This document shows, piece after piece, positions 20,442 to 30,826 of a DNA stretch of 64,000 nucleotides. The stretch lies in contig JAFGQN010000073.1 of the NCBI GenBank assembly GCA_016935665.1, positions 21,943 to 85,942 of the forward strand. Direction: 5' to 3'. Below the pieces are notes generated by a model. That model was not told where the DNA came from. It worked only from the letters and a program-made list of their open reading frames with translations, and searched no databases. Positions within the stretch are counted from its first letter, which is position 1, and each line of letters starts with the position of its first letter. Source of the DNA: Deltaproteobacteria bacterium. GTDB taxonomy: Bacteria; Myxococcota_A; Polyangia; JAAYKL01. Both the position numbers and the translations under genes were made by a program.

Positions 20442-20795
20442 ATGACGAAACGTCAGCAATTATACAGTCAGGCGCCGGGCCGAAAAGACCCGCGCGAACT
20501 GCGCCACGATATACAGATGGTTCAGCAGGCATGTCATGGAGATGAGGCGTCGAAGCAGCAGGTGTTGGAAGTGGTATACGACAGAGTGTGGAAATCGCTT
20601 TCATTCCTGTCGAACAATGTTCACGACGGGGTGAGTCATGAGCTGGATTGGAGAGTGCAATATGGATTTTCAGGCCGAGGATTACAGCCACAGTGCACAG
20701 GTGACCTACTGTCCATTCCAATAGAAAATCAAATTCCTAAAAGAGAACCCAAAACGACCCTAACTTACCGAAAAATAACGTATTTGAAATCGTGA
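20442..20795 (+). pseudogene. Possible truncated ECF sigma-factor N-terminal fragment
   Basis: GGAG RBS; DIQMVQQACHGDEASKQQVLEVVYDRVWKSLSFL resembles the ECF region 1.2/2.1 start. No region 2 core or region 4 follows. Confidence 0.35.
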
Positions 20796-20906
20796 CAAAC
20801 TTGACCCTCCCGGGGTTTGCTGTTACGTATCGGGGCAGGACCTGCCGGCATGTGGGTTCGCACTTTATAACACGATGCAAAATCGATAAATTTCCAGGGA
20901 GATGCC

Positions 20907-21689
20907 ATGAAAAGATTGGCTGTCATATCATTGCTGCTCTTTTGGGTCAGTGGGTTGATGTCCTGTGGTTCAGCGCAAATTTCAGAAGAATCCATTCGCA
21001 AATCCAATCGATTTTACGACGCGGCTGTGATCGCATGGACGGACAAAAACGACAATTTGACGGCCATTCGTCATTTGACCCGGGCCGTGGAAGCGAACCC
21101 GGAAAATGATGACGCCCAGTATCTGCTGGGAACCATTCGGCTCAGCCGGGGCGAGTATGCCGAGGCCGAGACTCATCTGGTGGCGGCGATTACACATCGA
21201 GCAAACGACCCGGCGAAAAAGGTGGAGGCGCAAAACAGCCTTGGGGTTCTCTATATTCATACCAAACGCTACGAAGAAGCGGTGACCGTGCTTAAAGAGG
21301 CCTCGGCGGAAGTGCTCAATCGCGCCCCCTGGCTGGCGTATGGCAATCTGGGATGGGCCTATACCGAACTTGGAAAATACGACGCCGCCATTGATGCCAT
21401 CAAGCGGGCATTGTTTGATCAACCGCAGTTTTGTGTGGGGTTGTACCGGCTGGGCAATGCGTATTACCAGAAGGGCGACTACGTTGCAGCGCGGCAGTGT
21501 CTGAATGATGCCCTTTCTGTTCAGGCGGACGGTTGTGATCGTCTGCAGGAGGCGTATCATCTGTTGGGGATGGTGCATCTGCGACTGGACAACAGTGAAG
21601 ATGCCATGAATGCGTTTGAAACCTGTGTTCAGGTCAATCCCAAAACCGATATTGGCAGGAGCTGCGCTGACATCACTCAACGTGAGTAA
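20907..21689 (+). CDS. tgl: TPR lipoprotein, Tgl/PilF-like type IV pilus secretin pilotin
   Basis: Lipobox LMSC; TPRs; AYGNLGWAY...PQFCVG closely resembles Myxococcus Tgl as recalled. Confidence 0.7.
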   Translation: MKRLAVISLLLFWVSGLMSCGSAQISEESIRKSNRFYDAAVIAWTDKNDNLTAIRHLTRAVEANPENDDAQYLLGTIRLSRGEYAEAETHLVAAITHRANDPAKKVEAQNSLGVLYIHTKRYEEAVTVLKEASAEVLNRAPWLAYGNLGWAYTELGKYDAAIDAIKRALFDQPQFCVGLYRLGNAYYQKGDYVAARQCLNDALSVQADGCDRLQEAYHLLGMVHLRLDNSEDAMNAFETCVQVNPKTDIGRSCADITQRE

Positions 21690-21722
21690 TTTGAACTCAT
21701 AAAAAAATCGCGGGAGCGTTCC

Positions 21723-23090
21723 ATGCAAACCACACACCAGCAAAAAAATTATCGCTACTACGGTACATTGCGTCGACTGCTCAACCGCAAAGCCGGCCCC
21801 AATATCCGCAAGATTGTAGACAAAACGCACCCTGCCGATATGGCTCAGATTCTTTCCTATTTTACCGCGGAGGATAAGCTCGGTATTATTCGCTATGCCA
21901 AGGATGACCGTCGGCGTGCCGAAATTCTTAGGGAGATGCAACTGGAATCGGCGGCTGAAATGGTGCTGCTGATGCAGGTGCCCCAGGCGGTGGCCATCAT
22001 TCTGGAAATGTCTACGGACGACCAGGCGGACCTTTTGGGGAGCCTCGACGAGCAGCATGCCAACGCCATTATTGCTGCCATGCCCAAGGACGAGTCCGAC
22101 GATGTTCAGGAACTGCTGCGTTACGACGAAAACTCCGCCGGCGGTATCATGAATCCGGATGTTCTGGCCATTCACATGGACAGCACCATTGCCGAGGCCA
22201 TCAAAGTGGTTCAGGATCACGAAGATGTCGATATGATATTTTACCTCTACGTGGTGGATGATCACGGCTCCCTGTGTGGTGTGCTCTCTTTGCGCCATCT
22301 GGTCATTTCCAAACCCGATGTGGTCATTAAACATATCATGAATCCCAATGTGGTTTCGGTGCGTACCGAGGAAGACCAGGAGGATGTGGCCCGTCTGGTG
22401 ACCCGATACGACTTTCTGGCCATTCCTGTGGTGGACGATACCAACAATCTGGTGGGCGCGGTCACCGTGGATGATGTTATTGACGTTATCGCCGAAGAGG
22501 CCACCGAGGATTTCCTGAAAATGGCCGGCGCCGGTGAGGAGCAGGAGGAAAATGCCTCCGCTTTCAAACATGTTTTGGGGCGCGCGCCATGGTTGTTTGC
22601 CGCACTGGTGGGCGGGATAGCCACGTCGTTTGTGATTCGCAACTTCGAAGATACTTTGTCTACTTATTTGTCGTTGGCGGCGTTTATTCCCGTGATTATC
22701 GGTATGGCGGGTAATGTGGGCACGCAATCTCTGGCGGTGGTGGTTCGCGGTCTGGCCACCCGGCAAATCAAAATCAAGCAGGCATGGCAAACCATTTCCA
22801 ACGAGATTCTGGTGGGAACACTGCTGGGGTGCCTGTACGGCGCCATTCTGGGGGCAGTTGGCTTGTGGCAATTCTCCGGAAATACACCCATGGCGTTCAA
22901 CCTCGCCATTGCAGTGGGGGCCGCCACTGCAACCGCCATGCTGCTGGCGGCGCTGGTGGCCTCTTCCATCCCGCTCATGTTTGCCCGAATCAACATTGAT
23001 CCGGCTGTGGCGACGGGGCCGTTTGTGACCACAGCCATCGATATTCTGGGGGTCACCATTTACTTCACGGTTGTTAATCTTCTGGTATAG
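21723..23090 (+). CDS. mgtE: Magnesium transporter MgtE
   Basis: N-terminal HPADMA domain, CBS pair, GMAGNVGTQ, IDPAVATGPFVTTAID. Confidence 0.96.
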   Translation: MQTTHQQKNYRYYGTLRRLLNRKAGPNIRKIVDKTHPADMAQILSYFTAEDKLGIIRYAKDDRRRAEILREMQLESAAEMVLLMQVPQAVAIILEMSTDDQADLLGSLDEQHANAIIAAMPKDESDDVQELLRYDENSAGGIMNPDVLAIHMDSTIAEAIKVVQDHEDVDMIFYLYVVDDHGSLCGVLSLRHLVISKPDVVIKHIMNPNVVSVRTEEDQEDVARLVTRYDFLAIPVVDDTNNLVGAVTVDDVIDVIAEEATEDFLKMAGAGEEQEENASAFKHVLGRAPWLFAALVGGIATSFVIRNFEDTLSTYLSLAAFIPVIIGMAGNVGTQSLAVVVRGLATRQIKIKQAWQTISNEILVGTLLGCLYGAILGAVGLWQFSGNTPMAFNLAIAVGAATATAMLLAALVASSIPLMFARINIDPAVATGPFVTTAIDILGVTIYFTVVNLLV

Positions 23091-23097
23091 AGGTCGT

Positions 23098-23871
23098 TTG
23101 ATTTTAGAAACCGCATTTATTTTGCGCGCAGTCAATTACGGGGAATCCGATCGTATTTACACGCTGTACACTCAGGGGCATGGCAAATTGAGCGCCATCG
23201 CCAAAGCCGCGCGTAAAAGCACTAAACGGTTTGGTGGCGCGCTGCAACCTTTTGCAGTGTTTGAGGTGGCTTTAACGCCATCTCGGCGGGGCAGCAGCAA
23301 CATGTACACGATTGGTGAGGCAACAATGGTGGCCGCCAATGACGGGCTGTCGAAAAATCTGTCCAGATTGGGAATTGCCGCCTTTTTACTGGAGCTGTTG
23401 AGAGAGGTCGCGCCAGAGCACGAGTCCAGCGCGCCCCTGTTTGACGTGGGCAAAGAAGCGTTGGCGCTCCTCAGTGACACCTGTCAGCTGCATGAGCGGA
23501 ATCTGCTGTTGTCGGCGGGCATGAGAATTCTGGCCCAATCTGGACTGGCCATGAGCGTGGGGAGGTGCAATGCATGTGGCCGGCCTGTTCCCCCCGGTAA
23601 ACCCATTTACTTCGATGCGCTGCGCGGTGGTGTTGTGTGTACGCCCTGCGGCGGCGGCCCGATTTTGCTCGATGCGCAATGTGCTGCCGCGTTCAGATTT
23701 CTGGCGACACATCCCATTGCAGAAAGCGCGGCCCTTTCCATTGACCCGCCTGTGCTGGATGCCATGGAGTCGGCGTTTATTGCTTTTATTCATATGCATC
23801 TCGAAAAGCAATTGAAAACCCCCGGCTTTATGAGTCAGATTTCAGCACGAGACAGGCAGGACTCAGAGTGA
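23098..23871 (+). CDS. recO: DNA repair protein RecO
   Basis: YGESDRIYTLYT..GKLSAIAKAARKS.KRFGG; C4 zinc finger CNAC...CTPC; TTG start. Confidence 0.92.
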   Translation: MILETAFILRAVNYGESDRIYTLYTQGHGKLSAIAKAARKSTKRFGGALQPFAVFEVALTPSRRGSSNMYTIGEATMVAANDGLSKNLSRLGIAAFLLELLREVAPEHESSAPLFDVGKEALALLSDTCQLHERNLLLSAGMRILAQSGLAMSVGRCNACGRPVPPGKPIYFDALRGGVVCTPCGGGPILLDAQCAAAFRFLATHPIAESAALSIDPPVLDAMESAFIAFIHMHLEKQLKTPGFMSQISARDRQDSE

Positions 23872-23987
23872 TAGTCATTTAAATATTGATGAAAATTCGC
23901 ACTCTGACCAAATGTTTCTGATTTGCCATATCCTTGTCACACCGTTAAGGCAAATTGGGTGGGTAACCTCTTACAGGAGTTATCCAA

Positions 23988-24269
23988 ATGGAAAGAACAA
24001 CCAGGAACAATAAAATAAAGATATATTACGATCCGCGGACATTGCCTGTGGAACAGAATTCCAACCGTATCTCCAGACTATTTGTGGAGAGCGCCAATCG
24101 GGATGAACCCTGGAAAATCACGGTCAAGCCCACTTTGGGCATGTACGAGCTCAAAGGTGAAGTGGACAGCCGTCAGACGCACGACATAATTCTCACGATT
24201 GTTCAGACGAATCATCCTTATCGAGATATTATCGATTATATTTCTTATCCAGATAAACCCGCAGCTTGA
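23988..24269 (+). CDS. Small protein, possibly BON-domain-like
   Basis: AGGAG RBS; LKGEVDS...DIIDYI resembles the C-terminal half of a BON domain. Confidence 0.4.
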   Translation: MERTTRNNKIKIYYDPRTLPVEQNSNRISRLFVESANRDEPWKITVKPTLGMYELKGEVDSRQTHDIILTIVQTNHPYRDIIDYISYPDKPAA

Positions 24270-24614
24270 TACCCGCGATTTCAAATTCGTCGCAAACCGG
24301 CAAATGGCTGTTCTCGTCCGGTGCGCCCCAGCGCAAAAAACGCAGCGTTGCGCGGCAAGTGGGAATGATAAATCAAAACATGTAGGTTATCGAATCGTTT
24401 ATCGAGCTTGCCGGCGAATGCCTGATTTAAATCTAATGGCGACCAATGCGGCTTAGAGGCCTTTTTTTGAGCCGTTTTTTTGTGGAAAGGATACAACGTT
24501 GTCCTGAAAAGATCCCTTTTCTTTTTTTTACTAAAGGAATATAAATTCGGGCCTGAGTTTCAATTTCTTTAAAACGGTAGGTATCTGATAACCCACAACC
24601 CAGCGGGAGACGGC

Positions 24615-26681
24615 ATGTCAAAAAAAATTGAGAATATTCCACTGCTTAGAGCCAAAGAAAAGTTTGGCTACAGTCTTGGTGATTTTGCATCGAATCTGTT
24701 CTGGATGACATTTATTTTCTACGGAATGTTTTTCTACACAGATGTATTTGGTTTACCAGCGGCAATGGTCGGAACCATGTTTGGTCTGACTAAATTGTGG
24801 GATGCGGTCAACGATCCAATGATGGGCATTATTTCCGATAGAACGGATACAAAAATGGGGAAATATCGCCCCTACCTGCTGTGGATGTTTGTGCCATTTG
24901 GCATCATCGGCTTTTTCGCATTCTACACCCCGGATATGACCGTTACGGGAAAACTCGTATATGCCTACATTACCTATACCCTCATGATGATGGTGTATAC
25001 GGCGATTAATATTCCCTATTCCGCGCTGATGGGCGTGTTGACTCCCAGTTCCAAAGACCGTACCAGCATTTCTTCTTATCGTTTTGTGGCCGCTTTCGCC
25101 GGCGGTATTGTGGTACAGATGATTACGGTGCCCATGGTGTCCGCCACCGGGGCCAATTCAACGAATGTCATTAACCTTGAGCAGGTGAACCCTCAAGAGA
25201 TTGTTATTAAGGAAACCGGGGTGGGCACCATTCAGCTGCAGGCCAATTACGAATCTGTGCTGCCCACTCCCAAGACCTGGCAACAGGAATTGTCCGCCAG
25301 ATTTACGTCGGTGGTAACCGATGATCAGCACAAACAGCACACCGCCAATATCTGGGTAAATGTGCCGGAGCGCCTCAATGAAATCAAACCCGATGGTTGG
25401 AAGGATAAAGTGGTGGCCGACAATCAGATGCTCGGTGGAAACTTTTATCTTGAAAAGGGGTTTGGAGAAAAGAAAATTGATTTGATCGCGCTTTTCAATC
25501 CCGCCATGGTGGTGTTGGAGCCGCCGGCGGTCATTGGATCCACCGAAAAGAAAGAATCTCTCAAAGACGTTCTCAAAAAGGACGCTGGGCTTTCCGATGA
25601 CGATATCACCAAAATCGTGGATAATTTTGGTGGCGCACCGGAGGTTCGCAAAGACGATTTAACAGCACTGTTTGCAAGTTTGAAAGCCAAAGATGCCGCC
25701 AAATGGTCAAAAGCAGAGGAAATTGCCCTCTCCGCCCGGTTTGAAAAACAACCCCCCGAAGAAATTATTAAAAAAGAAACCGATTGGAAATCCGCTCCCG
25801 TGTTAAACGTGGTGGATCAGCAGACCGGTTTCGAGTTCACCATTGGACTGTACGCCCTGTTGGCTATGGGCTTTTTCTTTGTTACATTCCTGACCACCAA
25901 AGAGCGTGTTAAACCGTCAAAAGATGCCAAGTCATCGGTGGGCAAAGACCTTGTGGACGTGGTTTCCAACCTTCCCTGGTGGATTGTTGGTGTCATGGGC
26001 TTGTTCTCCATTGCACAGGTTTGCATCCGCAACGGTGTGGTGATGTATTATTTCAAATATTACGTAAAAGATATTGAAGCGTCGGTGCCGTTCATGCTGG
26101 CGGGAACCGTGATGAACCTGATTGGTGTACTGGCAACGGATTGGCTGACGCGTAAACTGGGCAGTAAAAAGATTGTGTACGCGTTTTGTTCGTTCTTCAC
26201 CGTAGCCACCATGATGCCATTTATGTGGCTGAGCTCAGAGAGCCTGCTGGTGATGTTTGCGCTTACCGCCATTGGTGGGTTCCTGTCCGGCCCACTATCC
26301 CCCATTGTATGGGCCATGTATGCGGATATTGCGGATTACTCTGAATGGAAAAAAGGCACTCGCGCCACGGGGCTGTTTTTTTCGGCGGCCACATTTGCCC
26401 AAAAAATGGGATGGACGCTGGGCGGCATGCTGGCAGGACTGCTGCTGTCGTGGTATGGATTCCAGGCCAATATGGAGCAGAGCGCGGAAGCCATATCCGG
26501 TATCAAGTCCCTTATGAGCTGGATACCTTCCATTGGGTGTGCCATTGCCGGCGCGGTAGTGCTGCTCTACACTCTGGATGATAAAACAATGGATAAGATT
26601 GTGACCGAGCTGGAAGAGCGTCGCGCCAAAGAGAAAGAAAACGAAAACAATGACGCTGACGCCACACCGGCAGAAGCGTAA
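24615..26681 (+). CDS. MFS glycoside-pentoside-hexuronide (GPH) cation symporter with a large soluble insertion
   Basis: EKFGYSLGD, WDAVNDPMMG..SDRT.TKMGKYRPY, NIPYSAL, TKERV, ADIADYSEWK.G.R..GL. Confidence 0.9.
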   Translation: MSKKIENIPLLRAKEKFGYSLGDFASNLFWMTFIFYGMFFYTDVFGLPAAMVGTMFGLTKLWDAVNDPMMGIISDRTDTKMGKYRPYLLWMFVPFGIIGFFAFYTPDMTVTGKLVYAYITYTLMMMVYTAINIPYSALMGVLTPSSKDRTSISSYRFVAAFAGGIVVQMITVPMVSATGANSTNVINLEQVNPQEIVIKETGVGTIQLQANYESVLPTPKTWQQELSARFTSVVTDDQHKQHTANIWVNVPERLNEIKPDGWKDKVVADNQMLGGNFYLEKGFGEKKIDLIALFNPAMVVLEPPAVIGSTEKKESLKDVLKKDAGLSDDDITKIVDNFGGAPEVRKDDLTALFASLKAKDAAKWSKAEEIALSARFEKQPPEEIIKKETDWKSAPVLNVVDQQTGFEFTIGLYALLAMGFFFVTFLTTKERVKPSKDAKSSVGKDLVDVVSNLPWWIVGVMGLFSIAQVCIRNGVVMYYFKYYVKDIEASVPFMLAGTVMNLIGVLATDWLTRKLGSKKIVYAFCSFFTVATMMPFMWLSSESLLVMFALTAIGGFLSGPLSPIVWAMYADIADYSEWKKGTRATGLFFSAATFAQKMGWTLGGMLAGLLLSWYGFQANMEQSAEAISGIKSLMSWIPSIGCAIAGAVVLLYTLDDKTMDKIVTELEERRAKEKENENNDADATPAEA

Positions 26682-26989
26682 ACATTTCCAGACGTCACCG
26701 CATCGCCATATCATTCTGCATACCTGCCAGGCATCCAATAAGTTTTGTCTGTGAGCTGCAATCACATCGAACGATCGCTCACAGGGGCAAAAAAGGTTTA
26801 CTCTCACAACAAAATTCCGTAATGAGATGGCGGCGCCGGTGACTGCCAGTGACTGTATGACATCCGTCCGATAGTGGGAACCGTTGACCCGAAGGTCTAA
26901 CTCCGTGTACTGACATGACGCAACGACTTGAACAGCGAATGCTGGCAGCGAATACCGAATCTTAATCTGGTGGAGAGGACGAACAGCGA

Positions 26990-27400
26990 ATGACAACAGC
27001 CGGCGATGCGTACCGGATACGAAAAAATGATGGTGGATTGGTCTTTTATACGCGATATTTTGGAAATGTGACGCTCAACGTACTGATGGAGGCGAGTTCA
27101 AAACGGCTTGCGGATCCGGAGTTTAAAAAGGCGGTATTCAGTATACAGGATTTAAATGAGGCCAGCAGGGTGGACATGTCTGCGGATGATGTTCGGACGT
27201 TTGGTTATCATGTTCGCAACGTATTGGAAACGTATCGGCATCTGGTGCTGATTACAGTGGTCAAAGACCCGGTTGCCTACGGGTTGAGTCGTATCTGGAA
27301 AGGCGCCGCACGACCCTCTTCCAATGAATTACATGTAGTACACACGGAAGCTGCGGCCTGGGATATTGTCAAACGCATCTGTAAGGACCGAAATCTCTAA
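26990..27400 (+). CDS. Hypothetical protein (weak STAS/SpoIIAA-like pattern)
   Basis: GAGGA RBS; alpha/beta pattern ending VVHTEAAAWD. Confidence 0.45.
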   Translation: MTTAGDAYRIRKNDGGLVFYTRYFGNVTLNVLMEASSKRLADPEFKKAVFSIQDLNEASRVDMSADDVRTFGYHVRNVLETYRHLVLITVVKDPVAYGLSRIWKGAARPSSNELHVVHTEAAAWDIVKRICKDRNL

Positions 27401-27484
27401 TATTTTTCGAAGTGTTTTGGCGCGCGTGATGGCAGCCATGTCAAGTTGCGCCATGACGCTCTTTATCCTTCATCCGTTGGGCAA

Positions 27485-28684
27485 CTACATGGCCTCGGCG
27501 TAGATTTCGGCGACCGAGTCTCTGTCTGCATCATTGGGCGCCAGTCCAAGCAGGGGCTCCAGCCCGGGCGTTTCGTATACCAGTTTGACCAGTTTTTCTA
27601 TCTGTGAGCTGTCGAATCCGTTGTTGGAAAGACCTTTGACCACACCAAAACGGGATAACCACTGATTGAGACCGTCGAATACCACTTCGCTTTCGCTGAC
27701 GTCTCCCTTTAATCCAGGGACAATAGCGTTCAGGACAAATGCCAGTGTTTTGGCTCTGGCGCTGTATATTTTTTTGACCACAGAAGGCAGGAGTAACGCC
27801 AAACCAAGCCCATGAGGAAGCGATGGATCGATACCGCTTAATGGGTGCTCCAGTGCATGAGTGTAGTGCAGCAGCCCGTTGTCAAACGAGACGCCGGCGG
27901 TCATGGCAGCATACGTTAAAAAATACCGCGCTTCCAAATCTCCGGGTGTCTTCATTGCAATCGGCAGGTATCTGGCCACCAGATCAACGGTTTGTTTTGC
28001 CAGCAGAACAGAGTATGGGTTGGCGACCATCGACGTGCAGGCCTCCACCACATGGTTCAATGCATCAATGGACACATATGCGGTCTGATCCACTGGCAGA
28101 TTCACCATGAGACGCGGATCATCAATGGAGAAACGGGGATAAATCACATCGGTCGCGATATAGGGTTTGTGTGCTTTTTCCGGGATGGATACCACTGCGA
28201 ATCGATTCGTTTCCGTGCCCGTGCCATGGGTGGTGTTGATGGTCACAATTGGCACAGCCCTTTGGGGCGTGAATTGATATCCGTAGAGATCGCGCGCGGT
28301 TTTGTCCTTATGGGATATTAATATGGCAACACTTTTGGCAGCATCAATAGGACTACCACCCCCGATGGCCAATACCGCCTGCGCGCCAAATTTTCGTGCA
28401 GCGTTTGTGGCCGCATCCACATGATCCACGGTGGGATTGGCCGTCACCTCGGAATACTGAACATAGTCAATGTCATGTTTGTCCATGGCTGAAACACAGT
28501 GGTCCCACGCCCCGCATTTTTTGTATGACTGTTTGCCGGTCACCACCGCGATTTTAGAAATACCATCGGTTTTAAGCGAATTGAGGATGTCATCAATTTT
28601 TAAGATGGCATCGACCCCAAGGTATACAGTTGATCGGGTTCTAATTTCGGAAACTGAGCGGAAATCGATTTCTTCCGTCCACAT
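27485..28684 (-). CDS. Iron-containing alcohol dehydrogenase
   Basis: GGGSPIDAAK, TTHGTGTE, DALNHVVE, HALEHPLS, HGLGLA; AGGAGG RBS before ATG 28684. Confidence 0.93.
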   Translation of the reverse strand: MWTEEIDFRSVSEIRTRSTVYLGVDAILKIDDILNSLKTDGISKIAVVTGKQSYKKCGAWDHCVSAMDKHDIDYVQYSEVTANPTVDHVDAATNAARKFGAQAVLAIGGGSPIDAAKSVAILISHKDKTARDLYGYQFTPQRAVPIVTINTTHGTGTETNRFAVVSIPEKAHKPYIATDVIYPRFSIDDPRLMVNLPVDQTAYVSIDALNHVVEACTSMVANPYSVLLAKQTVDLVARYLPIAMKTPGDLEARYFLTYAAMTAGVSFDNGLLHYTHALEHPLSGIDPSLPHGLGLALLLPSVVKKIYSARAKTLAFVLNAIVPGLKGDVSESEVVFDGLNQWLSRFGVVKGLSNNGFDSSQIEKLVKLVYETPGLEPLLGLAPNDADRDSVAEIYAEAM

Positions 28685-29151
28685 AGGCACACCTCCTTGA
28701 TTTTTTTTGTGTCGCCAACAATTCCACATATTGCCGAGAATGACAAGCGAAATGAATGGAAAGTATGTATATTTTTCTATGCTTTAGCAAGTATGGTCTG
28801 GGTTGACCTTCAAAAACGTTGGGAAATGTCTGCAGTGGCGTTTGCGCGATACGGAAAAACAACAATCAAGCCCCCCAAAAGGGGAACGCTGGGTTATTAT
28901 ATTTAGTGTAATGATTTTGATTGTATTGATTTTTTGCTTAACAAAAATAAGTGTATTTAACAAAAATCAGTTTCGTCTACATTTTCAGTTCAAGTGCCGG
29001 GCTTTTTTTTAACGAAAATGCCATTGTCCAGTGATTATCAGCTTGCCAGCGCCAACTGCGCCACGTATGACTTGCTGCCCTTTTTAAAGGTTTAAAGAAA
29101 AAAGGGATTGCGTATCACAGGATATTCGCCTGGGAATTTGGTTGTAAGCTG

Positions 29152-30723
29152 ATGAAAAAAGTGATTCTGGTTTTTGTTCCCGGCGCCGCGCCGAACTGCA
29201 TTCCTCTGGGTATCGCGTCTCTTTTTGCCTACGCCCAAAATGCGTTGCCGGACATTGCCATCTCCATGGTGGATTTAAGTATTCTCTTTTGGAATCGATT
29301 GGCGGTGGGCGACAAAATCGGCAGAGACGAAACAGAAGCGCTGTACCAGACCGCCGATGCGTTTTTCAACAAGACGCTGTATTTGGAAAAAAGACACAAA
29401 ATGGCAGCATTGATGACTCGCTGGCAGCAGATAACGCATTCCCTGATGACCCGGCTGAGTGGTGATAAACAGGAAATGGATCCGTGGTACACCGCGACCC
29501 TGTTTGAAAAGTTGGAGGTGACGGATACAGATATTGTGGCATTATCGGCAGCGTATCCCGAACAGCTTTTTCATGCGGCGGTGATCGCGCGGTTGCTGAA
29601 ATCGCGTTATCCGAATCTGACCGTTGTGCTGGGGGGATCCGCGTTGCCATCCATTCATCCCAGCACCTTTATGGCTGCGGTTCCTCAGTTGGATGGTCTG
29701 TATCTGGGAGAAGGAGAGCAGGGGCTGGTGGACTATATTTTGGGCCAATCCCATGAAAGTCGTGGCTGGATGGTGCGGGAAAGGGGACAGATAACCTCGG
29801 GCAGGCGCCCTTTAGCGATTCCCATGCAGAATCTGCCTGCCCCCTCATTCCATGATCTGCACATCTCCACGCGTTGGATGCCCACACCGGTATTGCCGGT
29901 GGCGTTTTCAAGAGGGTGCAAGTGGCGAAAGTGCGCATTCTGTTGCCACAATTTTGGATTTGCCGGATATCGCACGAATGATTATGCGCGGTTTGCAACG
30001 CATTTGGAACAATTGCAACAGCAGTATCACGCCGCGTATTTCTATTTTACCGACCAGTATATTGACGCGAACGCGCTTCATGGAATTGCAACCGAAATTC
30101 TTAAACGCAAATTGCAGATTCGATTCCACGTGATGGGTCGGCCCACTTCAGACTACACCAGAGAGGTGCTGGAACTATTGTTTGAAGCGGGATGCCGATG
30201 GATTAGCTGGGGTGTGGAATCCGGGGCACAATCGCTGCTCGACGGATGTCAGAAAGGGACACAGGTGGCCGCAGTGGCCCGTGTGCTCAAACACAGTCAT
30301 TTGGCAGGCATCAATAATCTGGCCATGATGGTGTTTGGATTGCCGGGAACCAATGATGCGCTTTTTCAGGAGACGCTGGATTTTGCCACCGATGTGAGTC
30401 CCTGGGTAGATGCGTTTACAGACTCCAGTTTTCAATTATTTGAAGGAACGCCGTATTATAATCGCGCCCAAGCGATGGGCATATTTCCCGGCGAGAATGA
30501 AATACTGTTTAAAGTGGGTAATGTTGCGGTGGTGTCCAATCGGCTCGCATATCGATATACGTCACAAAATGGAGAACCGGTCCTGCCGCCGGGCCCCGGT
30601 GAGGTGGCCCTGTGGCAACGATGGAAGGCGTGGATTCGCGGCGAGTCTTTTTTTGAAACGCTGTCCGCTGAGCATTATCTGTTGATTGCAGATCACCTGT
30701 CCAAAGCACCACTGCTCAATTGA
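29152..30723 (+). CDS. B12-binding domain radical SAM protein
   Basis: PLGIASL, VVLGGS, GEGE, SRGCKWRKCAFC (Cx4Cx2C as written), GVESG, FGLPG. Confidence 0.85.
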   Translation: MKKVILVFVPGAAPNCIPLGIASLFAYAQNALPDIAISMVDLSILFWNRLAVGDKIGRDETEALYQTADAFFNKTLYLEKRHKMAALMTRWQQITHSLMTRLSGDKQEMDPWYTATLFEKLEVTDTDIVALSAAYPEQLFHAAVIARLLKSRYPNLTVVLGGSALPSIHPSTFMAAVPQLDGLYLGEGEQGLVDYILGQSHESRGWMVRERGQITSGRRPLAIPMQNLPAPSFHDLHISTRWMPTPVLPVAFSRGCKWRKCAFCCHNFGFAGYRTNDYARFATHLEQLQQQYHAAYFYFTDQYIDANALHGIATEILKRKLQIRFHVMGRPTSDYTREVLELLFEAGCRWISWGVESGAQSLLDGCQKGTQVAAVARVLKHSHLAGINNLAMMVFGLPGTNDALFQETLDFATDVSPWVDAFTDSSFQLFEGTPYYNRAQAMGIFPGENEILFKVGNVAVVSNRLAYRYTSQNGEPVLPPGPGEVALWQRWKAWIRGESFFETLSAEHYLLIADHLSKAPLLN

Positions 30724-30826
30724 TGCAACACAATATATGGAACAGTTGGTCCAGTTGTTGTGCAGAATGCTTTTATCGTCTATTGTTGGTTTACATTGTT
30801 GTTAGATTATATTCCTTTTTGAATGA

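Noticed and set aside
20982..23135. 717-aa minus-strand ORF
   Set aside because: Antisense shadow of tgl and mgtE, which have clear family motifs; its translation has no recognisable domain.
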